A stretch of 64,000 nt of DNA from Eledone cirrhosa (lineage: Eukaryota): NCBI GenBank assembly GCA_964016885.1, contig OZ024740.1:365366001-365430000 (forward strand), written 5' to 3'. Shown in pieces: positions 10,141-22,347 of the stretch. The notes beneath the pieces are model-generated. The model saw nothing but the letters and a program-made list of their open reading frames with translations. It ran no database searches and was not told where the DNA came from. The position numbers and the translations under genes were made by a program. How positions within the stretch are numbered: the first letter of the stretch is position 1; every line of letters begins with the position of its first letter.

Positions 10141-12931
10141 TAACACTAACTTCAAAAAACGAGACAATCACTTGATCACCTATAGATCGGGGGAACACAC
10201 AAGCCAGGTAGATTATATCCTTACCAGAAGACGTGACAGAGTGTCTGTTGTTAACACTAAATCCCTCCCCCATGAAGAATGCACCTCCCAACATAGACTG
10301 ATAATTAGTGACCTCATAGTCAGGACGAGACGTACTAGACAGCAGAAGAGGACTATCCTCAGGAGAAAAATATGGAAGCTAAAGGACCCCATAGCCAGAA
10401 ATAAATTTCAAAACATATTACTTGATGCTTTCGACAGTAAGGAAGAGCAATTAGAGTCGTATAATATAGAGGAACAGTGGGAATTCCTGAAAGCAAACCT
10501 GCTGACGGCGGCAGACGAAGTCTGTGGCTGGAGCAGGCCTGTAGGTAGGAGGAGAGCAACATGGTGGTGGAACAGTAAGGTGGAGGAGTCAATTAAGGCC
10601 AAAAAGCAGGCTTGGAAAGTATGGCAGGATGGGGGAAGTAGAGAAGACTATCAAGTGGCCAGGAGGGAAGTTAGGAGACAAGTGTACTTCGCAAGAAGGG
10701 AAGCAGAGGAAAGAAAGTTCAAGCATGTGAGGACCAAAAATGTGAGGTGTTCAGGATTGCTAGGCAATGTGTCAAGGAAAACCGTGATATTGTCGGGGAG
10801 AAGTGTGTACTTAATGATGATGGCATACTTGCCATCACTGACGCTGATAAGAAGGTAGCTTGGAAGTGTCACTACGAAAGGCTTCTAAATGAGGAGAACA
10901 AATGGGAGAAAGACAGTCTCCCCCACATCGACCCAATAGAGAGACCAGCAGTGTTAGTCGAAGGTAGTATAATAAGTAAGGCAATCAAAGATATGAAGAC
11001 GGGTAAGGCGGCTGGGCCTTCGGAAATAGTTGTTGAGATGCTGAAAGCCTCTGGAACGGTGGGACACACCATGGTCACCCGGATAGTAAACCAAGTCATA
11101 CAGAATGGGGTTGTTCCGAAGGACTGGCATAGCAGCATCATCATTAACTGTTATAAGGGTAAAGGAGATGCCCTAGATAGGTGTAACTATAGAGGCATTA
11201 AATTAATCGACCAGGTCATGAAGGTCACGGAAAAAGTAATAGCGCAACTAATCAGAGAGAGAATTGATCTAGATGAAATGCAGTTCGGGTTTGTGTCAGG
11301 CAAAAGTACCACAGACGCTCTTTTCATTGTACGACAACTACAAGAGAAGTACCTAGCTAAAAGTAAACCCCTATACTTAGCTTTTGTTGACTTGGAGAAA
11401 GCCTTCGACAGAGTCCCCCGTTCCATTATCTGGTGGGCTCTTAGAAAACTAGGTGTTGACGAATGGCTTGTGAGGGCTATACAAGCCATGTATAAAGAAA
11501 CAGTCAGCAAGGTTAGAATTAACAACGAATATAGTGAAGAGTTTAGCGTAAAAGTTGGTGTCCATCAGGGCTCTGTTCTTAGCCCCCTACTATTTATTAT
11601 TGCCCTTCAGGCTATAACAGAGGAGTTCAAGACCGACTGCCCATGGGAACTCCTATACGCAGATGATCTAACGCTCATAGCTGAATCAATGACCGAGCTA
11701 GAGAAGAAATTCCAAACATGGAAGCACGGCCTAGAATCAAAAGGCCTTAAAATTAACCTGGCTAAGACTAAAGTTCTAGTTTGTAGGAAAGAAAATAAGG
11801 CGGCGGTCCCTTCCGGGAAATGGCCATGCTCAGTGTGTAGGAAAGGCGTAGGTAGAAACTCCATTTTATGTCCCAAATGCAAAGTATGGGTGCATAAAAG
11901 ATGTAGTGGGATCACAGGTAAGCTAACTAAGAACATAGATTTTACATGTGGCCGGTGCTCTGGTGAAATAAGTAGCAGCAAGTGCCCACAAAATACTAGC
12001 TCTTTCAATTGCGCAGAGGGTTCTATAGAAATAGTGGACAGCTTCCGTTACCTGGGTGACAAAATCAGCAGTGGGGGAGGGTGCTCTGAAAGTACAGTAG
12101 CTAGAGTCAGAACTGGATGGAAAAAGTTCAGAGAGCTTATACCACTATTAGTCGCTAAAGGGTTCTCCCTAAAAATGAAAGGCAGGTTATACGATGCCTG
12201 CATACGAACAGCAATGCTGCACGGCAGTGAGACCTGGGCATTGTGTGCAGAGGATATACGCAGACTAGAGAGGAATGAAGCTTGCATGCTCCGCTGGATG
12301 TGCAATAGTAATATACGTGAACGGCTAAGCATAAACAAACTAAGGAAAAAATTAGAAATAAGAGGCATCAGATGTTGTTTACTCGAGAGAAGGCTACGTT
12401 GGTATGGTCATGTGATGCGCATGAAAGACGACAGCTGTATAACAAAGTGCAGGGCAATAAAGATAGACGGTAGCCACGGAGTAGGCAGACCCAGAAAAAC
12501 CTGGGACGACTTGATAAATTCCGACCTCACACGCTTACACCTCTCCAAGACAATGTCACTGGACCGAGACCGTTGGCGCTACTCAGTAATAGAGAAGACC
12601 CGCCTTACCTAAGCACAAAGTAAAACCTACTACAGTCAGTTGGCACCTCTGACAAAACACACGATCAAATGAGATTGTGTAGGTGTCACGACAAAAAAAC
12701 ACACAGTCCACGCTGTAAATGTGGCCGTGTAGGCAACACGGTAAAAACCTCCCAGCCCCACACTGTAAATGTGGTTGGTGTTAGGAAGGGAATCCAGCTG
12801 TAGAAAACCCGCCAGACAGTCCTATGCAAGCAAGACAACCACTCTTGCCTCAAGTGGGAAAACCCCCGTCCAAACCCATGCAAGCGTGGAACACGGACGT
12901 TAAACGTTGATGATGATGATGATGATGATGA
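10141..12931 (+). mobile_element. RTE LINE copy, 5'-truncated, one frameshift near 10730
   Basis: ORFs 10172-10858 (APE: ITYRSG..SQVDYIL) and 10747-12612 (RT), closely similar to the first copy; (GAT)n tail. Confidence 0.95.
10747..12612 (+). CDS. RTE reverse transcriptase ORF fragment (621 aa)
   Basis: All RT motifs present, including YADD. Separated from the upstream APE part by a ~10-nt deletion relative to the first copy. Confidence 0.8.
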   Translation: MFRIARQCVKENRDIVGEKCVLNDDGILAITDADKKVAWKCHYERLLNEENKWEKDSLPHIDPIERPAVLVEGSIISKAIKDMKTGKAAGPSEIVVEMLKASGTVGHTMVTRIVNQVIQNGVVPKDWHSSIIINCYKGKGDALDRCNYRGIKLIDQVMKVTEKVIAQLIRERIDLDEMQFGFVSGKSTTDALFIVRQLQEKYLAKSKPLYLAFVDLEKAFDRVPRSIIWWALRKLGVDEWLVRAIQAMYKETVSKVRINNEYSEEFSVKVGVHQGSVLSPLLFIIALQAITEEFKTDCPWELLYADDLTLIAESMTELEKKFQTWKHGLESKGLKINLAKTKVLVCRKENKAAVPSGKWPCSVCRKGVGRNSILCPKCKVWVHKRCSGITGKLTKNIDFTCGRCSGEISSSKCPQNTSSFNCAEGSIEIVDSFRYLGDKISSGGGCSESTVARVRTGWKKFRELIPLLVAKGFSLKMKGRLYDACIRTAMLHGSETWALCAEDIRRLERNEACMLRWMCNSNIRERLSINKLRKKLEIRGIRCCLLERRLRWYGHVMRMKDDSCITKCRAIKIDGSHGVGRPRKTWDDLINSDLTRLHLSKTMSLDRDRWRYSVIEKTRLT

Positions 12932-15103
12932 TTTCAAGGGTACCAAAAACTTTGGTATGCTCTCATCAGATAAAATACAAAATTTGTTTTATAAATAGTT
13001 GTTTCTACTTTAGGCACAAGGCCAGCAATTACCCCAGTGCATTACTGGTACTTTATTTTATCGACTCCGTAAGGATGAAAGGCTAGTGATATACCCCAGA
13101 AACCAGACCTTATCGGTTCAGGTTCCGTTTGGATAGTGAAAGGAAAAGGAAAAAAGAAAATAATTTCAAATCTTTAGGATGGATATGTAAATGAAGTAGA
13201 AGCGTAGACTGAAAAGCCGTTATATTTAGACGCTAGGTAAATTTAAATTAAAAGAAGAAAGAAGAAAGTAAATTTAAAAATTAAAAATGTGTTGAAGTGG
13301 TAGAATACTAATCCAAAAATTTAAAATATATAACCAAATCATGAGTTATAACATTATATAGTTAATGCTTATAATTAAATTTTATGAAAAATTAAGGTTG
13401 TAAGTACACTTAAGCTTATTATATTACAACAGGTCATTTATATAAATATTTATATAAATAAATAAAAATATAAATATTATTGGTGATTATATATGTTGTT
13501 ACTTTAAATAGACAAATATTATTTTATAATTTAAGGGTTACGAAAGATATTGTATTTACATTTTCAATATATAGTTAAGAAAAAACGTAGTTCAAATTTT
13601 ATAAGAGAAGAACTTTTTGTACTTTCAAATAGTTCCAGCAAGATAGAAAGCATTTACCGAAAATTATTAAGTTAACGAAATTATAGAGAATTTAGTATTT
13701 ATGTTGTTGAGAGGAGAGGGTGTTTATGCGTGCTACATTATAAAGGAAAAGATAACTCCAATGTTTCTTAGTTACACTATTTACGTTAGATTTGTCATTT
13801 ATATTAGAATTTACTTTAAAAAAGCGGAATGTATGTAGAGAAAATGTTATATATTATTTTGTGTATGATTATAAGGTATTTTATATTACATGTTTTCAAA
13901 GATGAGAATTTCTTTTATATATGTATTTAGATATTATCTATATATTCAATTAGGAAGAAAATATTATTACAGACATCATGCGTGTATTTAGAAACTATCA
14001 CAAAAAGGATATATTTCAAAATATCAATTAAAAAATATATCAATTAAAAAAAAACATTAAGAAGAATATCAATTGGAAAAGAATATCATTTGTAAAAATA
14101 ATTTGTAAAAATATTACATTAAAAAATATCATTTAAAAATCACCACTAAACGTCGACAGAAGCATAGTGAAGACATATAAAATGTGAACAAGTGAAATAA
14201 ATACTATAGATTAAAAATACTTTGGAAAGTCATTTTTTGGCGATGTCTGCAGGTAAGTATATAAAAAATGTCTTCAATACATAAATGACAGATTCTTGAG
14301 AGAGCCATATTTCGGTATGCAGGTGCTTTCGAAATCGTTCCCGAAGAGATTGAATAGTCAATATTATTGTCTTGGGTAATTGCTGGCCTTGTGCCTAAAG
14401 TAGAAACAATTATTGTCTTTTAAGTACCAAATTAGATGTGAAAGTGATGTAGAAAATTTTTTCTTAACTATATATTGAACATGTAAACACAATATCTTTC
14501 GTAACCCTTAAATTATAAAATAATATTTGTCTATTTAAAATAACAACATATATAATCACCAATAATATTTATATTTTTATTTATTTATATAAATGACCTG
14601 TTGTAATATAATAAGCTTAAGTGTACTTACAACCTTAATTCTTCATAAAATCTAATTATAAGGATTATGTATATAATATTATAACTCATAATGTGGTTAT
14701 ATATTTTAAATTTTGGATTAGTATTCTACCACTTCAACACATTTTAAATTTTTAAATTTACTTTCTTCTTTCTTCTTCTTTTATAAAGTATCCTAATAAT
14801 TATTTTAATTTACCTAGCGTCTAAAAATAACGACTTTTTTTAGTCTACGCTTCTATCCTAAAGATTTTTAGTCTACGCTTCTATCCTAAAGATTTGAAAT
14901 TTTTTTCTTTTTTCCTTTTCCTTTCACTATCCAAGCAGAACCTGAACAGGTAAGGTTTGGTTTCTGGGGTATGTCACTATTTATAAAACAAATTTTGTAT
15001 TTTATCTGATGAGAGCATGCCAAAGTTTTTGGTACCCTTGAAATATATGTAATAAAATAAATATGGTTTTATAAATATAGTTTCAATTTATTAATATCAT
15101 TGA
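12931..15103. mobile_element. Penelope-like remnant with ~600-bp inverted arms
   Basis: 12931-13590 is the reverse complement of about 14455-15045. The left arm has a SINE fragment inserted at about 13000-13082 and continues at 10081-10140, on the far side of the RTE. Each arm ends in a hammerhead. Confidence 0.65.
14998..15059 (+). ncRNA. Type I hammerhead ribozyme, slightly decayed
   Basis: Helix I TATTTTAT/ATAAAATA; CTGATGA; imperfect helix II GAGCATGCCAAA/TTTGGTACCCTT; GAAATATATGTA (near-palindromic helix III, GUA site at A15051). Confidence 0.72.
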
Positions 15104-15195
15104 TATTATACTCCAGGTAACTTGTTGAGTGCTTCGAATCTGTTATAAATAAATTTGTTGAATTATCAACAAATTAAATGTCTCTTTGCTTATAT

Positions 15196-16078
15196 CCGCC
15201 TTACTTAAATACAAAGTAAAACCTACTACAGTCAGTAGGCATCTCTAACAAAATACACCCCCGCCCCACCCCCCCCCACCCCATCCACACCGCCCCTTCA
15301 ATGTAAAGTTATGTTGGTGCCACAACATCCAGGCCGAAACAAATGAGATTGTGTAGGTGTCACGACAAAAAAACACACATATATATATATACGTAAACGG
15401 CAAAGCATAAACGAACTAAGGAAAAAATTAGAAATAAGAGGGATCAGATGTTGTTTACTCGAGAGAGGACTACGTTGGTACGGTCACGTGATGCGCATGA
15501 AAGATGACAGCTGTATAAAAAAGTGCAGGGCAATAAAAATAGATGGTAGCCACGGAGTAGGCAGACCCAGAAAAACCTAGGACGACTTGATAAATTCCGA
15601 CCTCACACACAGCTCTCCAAGACAATGTCACTGGACCGAGACCTTTGGCGCTACACAGTAATACAGAAGACCCGCCTTACCTAAGTACAAAGTGAAACCT
15701 ACTACAGTCAGTAGGCACCTCTAACAAAAATACACCCCATCCCACTACCCCTACCCCATCCACACCACCCCTTTCAATGTAAAGTTATGTTGGTACCACA
15801 ACATCCTGTCTGAAACAAATGAGGTCGTGTAGGTGTCACGACAAAAAAACACACAGTCCACGCTGTAATGTGGCCGTGTAGGTAACACGGTAAAAACCTC
15901 CCAGTTCCACACTGTAAACGTGGTTGGTGTTAGGAAGGGCATCCAGCCGTAGAAAACCCGCCAGACAGTCCTATGCGAGCAAAACAACCACTCTTGCCTC
16001 AAGTGGGAAAACACCCGTCCAAACCCATGCAAGCGTGGAAGATGGACGTTAAACGATGATGATGATGATGATGATGAT
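15196..16078 (+). mobile_element. Two tandem RTE 3' fragments (15196-15380 and 15392-16078)
   Basis: Match the RTE C-terminus and 3' UTR. The second starts in a TA run and ends in (GAT)n. Confidence 0.88.
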
Positions 16079-16264
16079 AGATATATATATATATAGTAAG
16101 AATATTTTCGAAACAGCGAGTGGGTTTGAAATTATTAGAAATGTAAGCTACATGTACGTCAATACTCATCTTTTTCCATTTCTCTGAGGGTTCTTAACCC
16201 CACTATCAGGCTAAATAATTTCTTTAATTTCTTTAGTCAAAATACGGCGATAGCTTACATTTCT

Positions 16265-16321
<57 letters not shown>

Positions 16322-17267
16322 CATATATATACATATATAATTAATTTTTTAAAAAGTGGGCAAAAACAACAGAAAAACAGTTGAACCACAGGACATCTTC
16401 TTCTCATCAGTTGACCTCTGGAGATCCTTGTTTGTAATTTTGCTGTGAATTTGCGATAAAGACTTCAGTTTTTAATGTGATGCAGTCATTTTGCTGTTTT
16501 GTCTTTTTAATACAATTACATGTGGTACAGGACATTATGAGATAAACTATATTTATTCTATACTACCTCTGATTCTGTAACATATGAGTTGTCACTGAAA
16601 ACTATTTACCAAAATGAAAATAGTTTTCAAGGGTAAGTGGCATATTAATGCAATAGCTACTGATTTTCATGTTGTTGTTTTTTTCACCAGAAAATGAATT
16701 TTCTAAATCCACTGATGCCTGTCACTAGATATCCAATATTTCTCTTGGGAGAAGACTTGCTGGCAATTGCTTCCATATAGACACAATTCTTCACTGTAGG
16801 TTTACTTTTCTATTCTATTCCTTATTGCTTTGCTAAGTAGAGACAGGAAACTAGATTAAATTTGCTTTCTCTTGTTCTTGTATTTGTTGTTGCTGCTGCT
16901 ATGGTTGTTGTTGTTGTTTAGGTGAGTGTTAATGGTGGTGGTGGTGGGGGTTCTAAGCTGCTACAAATCATGATTAACTTTTCCTTTTATTGAAGTTTTC
17001 ATTAATATCAACTTGGATAAGATCCATCTTAGAATATATTCACCTTGTTTAACTGAATTATGGTGATATTTTCATTGTAGTGTCTGAAGGAAGAAGTGTA
17101 GTATTTCTGCTCTGTGGAAGCTGAGAAGAATATTAATGCAGTTAAACCTTGATACCAAATGGCATGAAACTGCCATTGATTCTAAGATACAAAACTGTTT
17201 GATTTTAAAATGTTTATATTTATCTTTAAACCCTTCCATCATAATTTTATGTCAGAACCTTCGTTAA

Positions 17268-17542
17268 ACCTTTAGCCTTTAAACGGCCGTATCCAGCCAG
17301 AATTCTCTCACCTCTTTCTATTCAAACTGTCTGTAACCAGCTGCTCATACTGATGTTAAGGTATGGTTCCCAAAATAAATAATATCAAAATCTCATAGAT
17401 TCGATATTATGTAAGATAATTATGTGAAGTAAAGCTGTTACCATGAAAATACAATAGTATACCGTCTAACCCATGCTAGAGTGGAAAATAGACGTTAAAC
17501 GAAGATGATGATGATATATAGAGTAATGCAAATGCTAAAGGG
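17268..17542. mobile_element. piggyBac-type MITE with a nested RTE-tail fragment
   Basis: TTAA-ACCTTTAGC ... GCTAAAGGG-TTAA. An RTE 3' tail is inserted at about 17461-17515. Confidence 0.65.
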
Positions 17543-18039
17543 TTAAGTTATACTCTAAACATCAGTTTTGTAATGAGTAAGTTAGTTATATTACTAAATC
17601 CCATAAAATATTTGATCATTTTCAAAATGAATTGAAAATGTTCAAAGATAAGTAGTGTCTACCATTAGCAATATGGTAATAAAATGGTTAACTAAGAGAT
17701 TGAAAAGTTTACAGTTGCAGGAACACTTGTTGAGGTTGGATAGCTGCTGTCAGCTCTACTTGAGCAGATCTATGACCATTTTATTTTTTTAACTGTTTTA
17801 GTCAGGGAGCAAAGGACACTACCCATAGAGTAATGTAAATGCTAAAGGGTTAAACAAAGAATTTCATCAACATTTATACTTATTGTGTTACCCCATCTTC
17901 ATTGCAAAGTAAGTTGTTATAAGATCTAGAACTTGAAATTAGTGGTTTTGAGTTTAAAGATGTGACAGATTGTTTATGAAAATTTAATGGGATGAGAATT
18001 AAAAGGGTTCAGAGTAAACTTCAAAATTCGAAAGTTTTA

Positions 18040-18235
18040 GTGAGTAGGTAACAAGACAGGATCATGGTGCTGTCAGAAAAATGGCTATGCTCAATTTGCA
18101 GAAAAGAAATAAGTAGAAACTCCATATGGTGCACATAATGTAAACTTTGTGTATACAAAAGATGTAGTGTGATCACAGGTAGGCTAACAGAGAAAAGAGA
18201 GTTTGTGTGCGGTAGATGCACAGGTGTAGTTAGAA
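18040..18235 (+). mobile_element. Old RTE fragment (PHD-like finger region)
   Basis: Degenerate KWLCSICRKEISRNSIWCT*CKLCVYKRCSVITGRL..FVCGRC. Confidence 0.7.
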
Positions 18236-19064
18236 TAAGAGCACCTATGGAATAAATTCTCTCCAATCCAAGGAAGGTTTTAGAGATTCAACAAAAAAGA
18301 GATTGGTAAAACAAGCACTGGGATTAATATAATCAAATAAATCAAGATAGCTTCTCAGCATGGCCACAGCCTAATGACTGACACCAGTAAAAGAAAAAAA
18401 GAATATTCTTTTACTGGTTTCAGTAATGACTATGGTCATGTTATGACATTTATATATACAACTTTTTTTTTATCTACCAAACACTAATAAAAAAAATTGA
18501 TGCTTTACTAGATGTTAACACAATGTGCTGTACAGTGAGATTGAACCCACAACCATGTGGTTGCAAAAGAAACTTCTTAACCACATAGCCATGCCTATAT
18601 AGAGCTACAATTTCTGACTGACATTACTATAATGTTGAGTTGATCAATGCCATGTGAATGAAATTTGGTAGATGGAAAATACACATGGGCAACCTCTAGT
18701 TTGACTACCTGTTTAATAACATCTAAATTTATATTTTGATAAGTCACTTCAAATTATCAACACTGTTTTATTATTATTTTTTATCCAAGTGATAAAGAGT
18801 GCTTTATTACTTCTTCTGACAATTATACTTTAATACATTATTCTATACGCTACCAAAAACATTTATACACACACACACGCACACATATATATATATATAT
18901 ATATATCATCATCATCATAATCGTTTAACGTCTATCTTCCATGCTAGCATGGGTTTAGACGGGAATTGTCCCACTTGATGCAAGATTGGTTGTCTTGCTC
19001 GTATAGGACTGTCTGGCAGGTTTTCTACAGCTGGATGCCCTTCCTAACACCAACCATATTTACA

Positions 19065-19113
<49 letters not shown>

Positions 19114-19157
19114 TTATTATGTTATTATGTTTGGATGGGACCACCCATGTAAACTCA

Positions 19158-19243
19158 CATATCTGAAGAAGTGTTGATTAAGAGGCGGGATCCAATCGCC
19201 TGATCAAACTTGAGCTGATCGTTATTGAAACAATTGTAATATG
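19158..19243 (+). ncRNA. Type I hammerhead ribozyme
   Basis: Helix I CATAT/ATATG; CTGAAGA; G-U-rich helix II AGTGTTGATT/GATCGTTATT around a long insert; GAAACAATTGTA with palindromic ACAATTGT; GUA site at A19238. AATAAA follows a few nt downstream. Confidence 0.75.
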
Positions 19244-19288
19244 CAATAAAGTTTCATAACAACCTGCAAATCTGACTTCTTATTGTCA

Positions 19289-19347
<59 letters not shown>

Positions 19348-19528
19348 GGGGGGTTGAGTGGATGTGCGTGTCTGTGTTTATGTTTACTTGTTGTTTATTT
19401 GTTTATAATAATAATGATAATAATGAAATTATTGTGTAAAGTGCTCAGGTGCACTACAACTCGTCAAAGGTGTATGTATAGTACATAGAATAATACACAA
19501 ATGTCAGGGAAGCACATAAGTGTATGTG

Positions 19529-22291
19529 TTAGCTGTAGTGTTGGCGGAGCTCGGGAAGCATGGAGGCCTTAAAGGATGCAGTGTCTCGACAGCTAACAAC
19601 TGATGCAGGTAGTTTGTTCCATGTTTCAGCAACTCTGAGCGTGAAAAAATGTTTCCGAAAGTCATGGGAACTGTGCTGTTTTCTGACTTTGTTGGCATGT
19701 CCACGTGTGTTAGACACATGGAAATCAAAAAGGTACTCAGGGTTGTTGTTGGCAACATGGTTAACAATTTTGTGGGTGTTTACAAAGTCAGTTGCCAGGC
19801 GTCGGAGCTTCCATGTATCCATGCCCGGGGAAGCAAGGCGCTCAGAGTATGGTAGATGCCTGATGGAGGGTATTCGCTTGGTTGCACGTCTCTGAACAGT
19901 TTCCAGGCGGTCAATGTTCTGAGCAAGATAGGGGTTCCAGACTGGTGATGCAAATTCTAAGTGTGGTCGCACCATAGCCATGTACAACCTTAAATAGATA
20001 TCTGGAGAGCGGCTGACAAAGGTCTTGCTGAGTGATGCTAAGACACCCTCGGCCCTCTTGACAATTTTAGAGACGTGCTTCGTCCAACGCAAATCGCTGC
20101 TGACCGTAATGCCCAGGTCATGTTCACAAGAAGACTTCTTGATATTAGTGCTGTGGAGGGAGTATGTGGACTCTGGGTTTTTACTCCCAAAATGCATGGT
20201 GGTGCACTTGTCCACAGCCAGCTTGAGTTGCCAGTCTGAGATCCATTGTTGCATTGTGTCCAGGTCAGACTGCAAGCAAGATCTATAGTGTTCAGGATCT
20301 GTCCTTTTTATCTCAAGGTACAGCTTGATGTTGTCTGCGTACTTTAGTACTGTGGCATTCTTTAAGTTGGCATCTATGTCATTAATATATGCCACAAACA
20401 AAAGGGGGCCAAGAACAGATCCCTATGGTACACCAGATGACATCTCATATGGTGAGGAATGCTGTCCCAGAACCGTGACTACCTCTCTTCGACTGAGAAT
20501 GAAGGACTTCAACCAGTTAAAAAGATCATCCTTCACACCCATTGCAGAGAGTTTTGCCATAAGCCTTTTGTGTGGCACAGAATTGAAGGCTTTCGCAAAG
20601 TCAAGGTAAATAACATCCACCCATGAGCTGCCATCAGTGATCCGGGTGATGTCCTCAAGAAACTCTATAAGTTGATCACAGCAGCTGGAGTTGGGGATAA
20701 ATCCAAATTGCGAGTGCCGGATAAGACTGTGAGAGCTCCAGAAGTTCCAAAGTGTTTCTCTGACACAGGATTCCATCAGTTTGGCGATGCAGCTAGTAAG
20801 ACTGACTGGACGATAGTTCACAGGTGATGTGCAGTCACCCTTTTTGAACAGAGGAATGACACTGGCAGTTTTTCACTGTTCTGGAGTAGCACTGTTGTTC
20901 AGACAGAATTGGAAGAAGCGTGATAACTGGTGCAGAAGGAAGTACCCACCACGTTTGAGAAGTAGGTATGTAACACCTTCAAGACCAGGAGAGGCATGGT
21001 TGCGTTTATTTTTTAGGTGGCGTCGCAGCATTGCAGGTGTAAATTCCATGGTTGTAATAGAGTCCGGTGTCATAGGTGGTGGAGATGGTACACTTTGGTC
21101 TTCAATAGTGAAAATGCTTGCATAGCATTCAGCAATGAGCTCTGCGCATTCCTTGGGGTCGTCAGTAACCTGGCTTGTGTGGGGATTGCGAAGAGGACCA
21201 ACTGGAAAGTGAGGCCTCTACTTTGAGTGAACATACTTCCAGAACACCTTACTGTCAGGGCTGGTTGCTATGCTCTGCTCAAATTGAAGCACTGCCTTTT
21301 TTGTCACCTGTTTGAGGTGGTTGGACGATCTATTTCGCCTCTTCCTATTAATGTCTGATTTGTGAAGTTTGTACTCACGTTCAGCATTGCGCCGTTCTTT
21401 TTTGGCAAGACGGACTGCTGCAGTCTCCCAAATTGCGCTTTTGGGATGTTTTTTCCGCTTACGTGGCACCGATGCTGCACATGCTGTCCATATTGAGCTC
21501 AGGATGTTCTGGAGCACAGTGTTGACATCTCCAGAGTCGTAGAACTCAAGCCAGTTTGGCCGTTGCAACTCGGTGCAGTAACAGTTCCAGTTTGCTTTAT
21601 TCCAGTCAAGGTGAGCCGTTTGGAGATGGTTGTGGTTCTTGTTACTGCCCATGAGGGATAGATTGGCAATGATCATAGCATGATCAGAGTCACCTAAAGG
21701 TTCCTCAGCAGTAACACTAATGACAGTTTCAGGAGTAGTGGTGAAGAGTAGGTCCAAAGTGTTGTCACCTCTCGTTGGGGAGGTGACTACCTGGGACCAA
21801 CTCGAGTCCAGCACTAGCTCAAGGAAGTCATTTGCACTTGGCGGCCAACGAAAGGTTTCCCAGTCAATCTCAGGGTGATTGAAGTCTCCTGCAATGAAAA
21901 CATAAGTGGCTGTCTTCCTGGCAGCAGCTCTGAGGATATCACAAAGTTGAGTGTCCTGATGGTAATTTAGGGGACAGTAAACGACTCCAAGTAGCAGTGT
22001 TGACATGGTCATATGTATATCGCAGAAAAAAACTTCCTGCTGTGATTGGTTCAAATCAGCATAAGGAATTGCCGACAGATTTGACCGAACGTAGACCATT
22101 ACACCACCACCACGACGATTAATGTGGTCTTTATGAAACAGGTTGTAGCCAGTCATGCTGAAAACCCCATCACAGAGTAAGGGATGTGCCCAAGTTTCCG
22201 TGACTGTAATGAAGTCAGGGTTGATACTTTTGACGTAGGAGTCAAAAAGATGAATCTTATTACATAGACTACGTGCATTCAAGGACAACAA
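19529..22291 (-). pseudogene. LINE ORF2 (APE endonuclease and RT) broken by frameshifts and stops
   Basis: Fragments 21218-22291 (NARSL, VTETW, GDFN, LDL, SDH), 20873-21073, 20423-20821 and 19529-20401. The catalytic YADD reads YADN. Confidence 0.88.
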
Positions 22292-22347
22292 TTTGTACCT
22301 TGATTCCAGTCTATGATTATGTGCAGGGGATGGCAGGTTGTTCTGAT

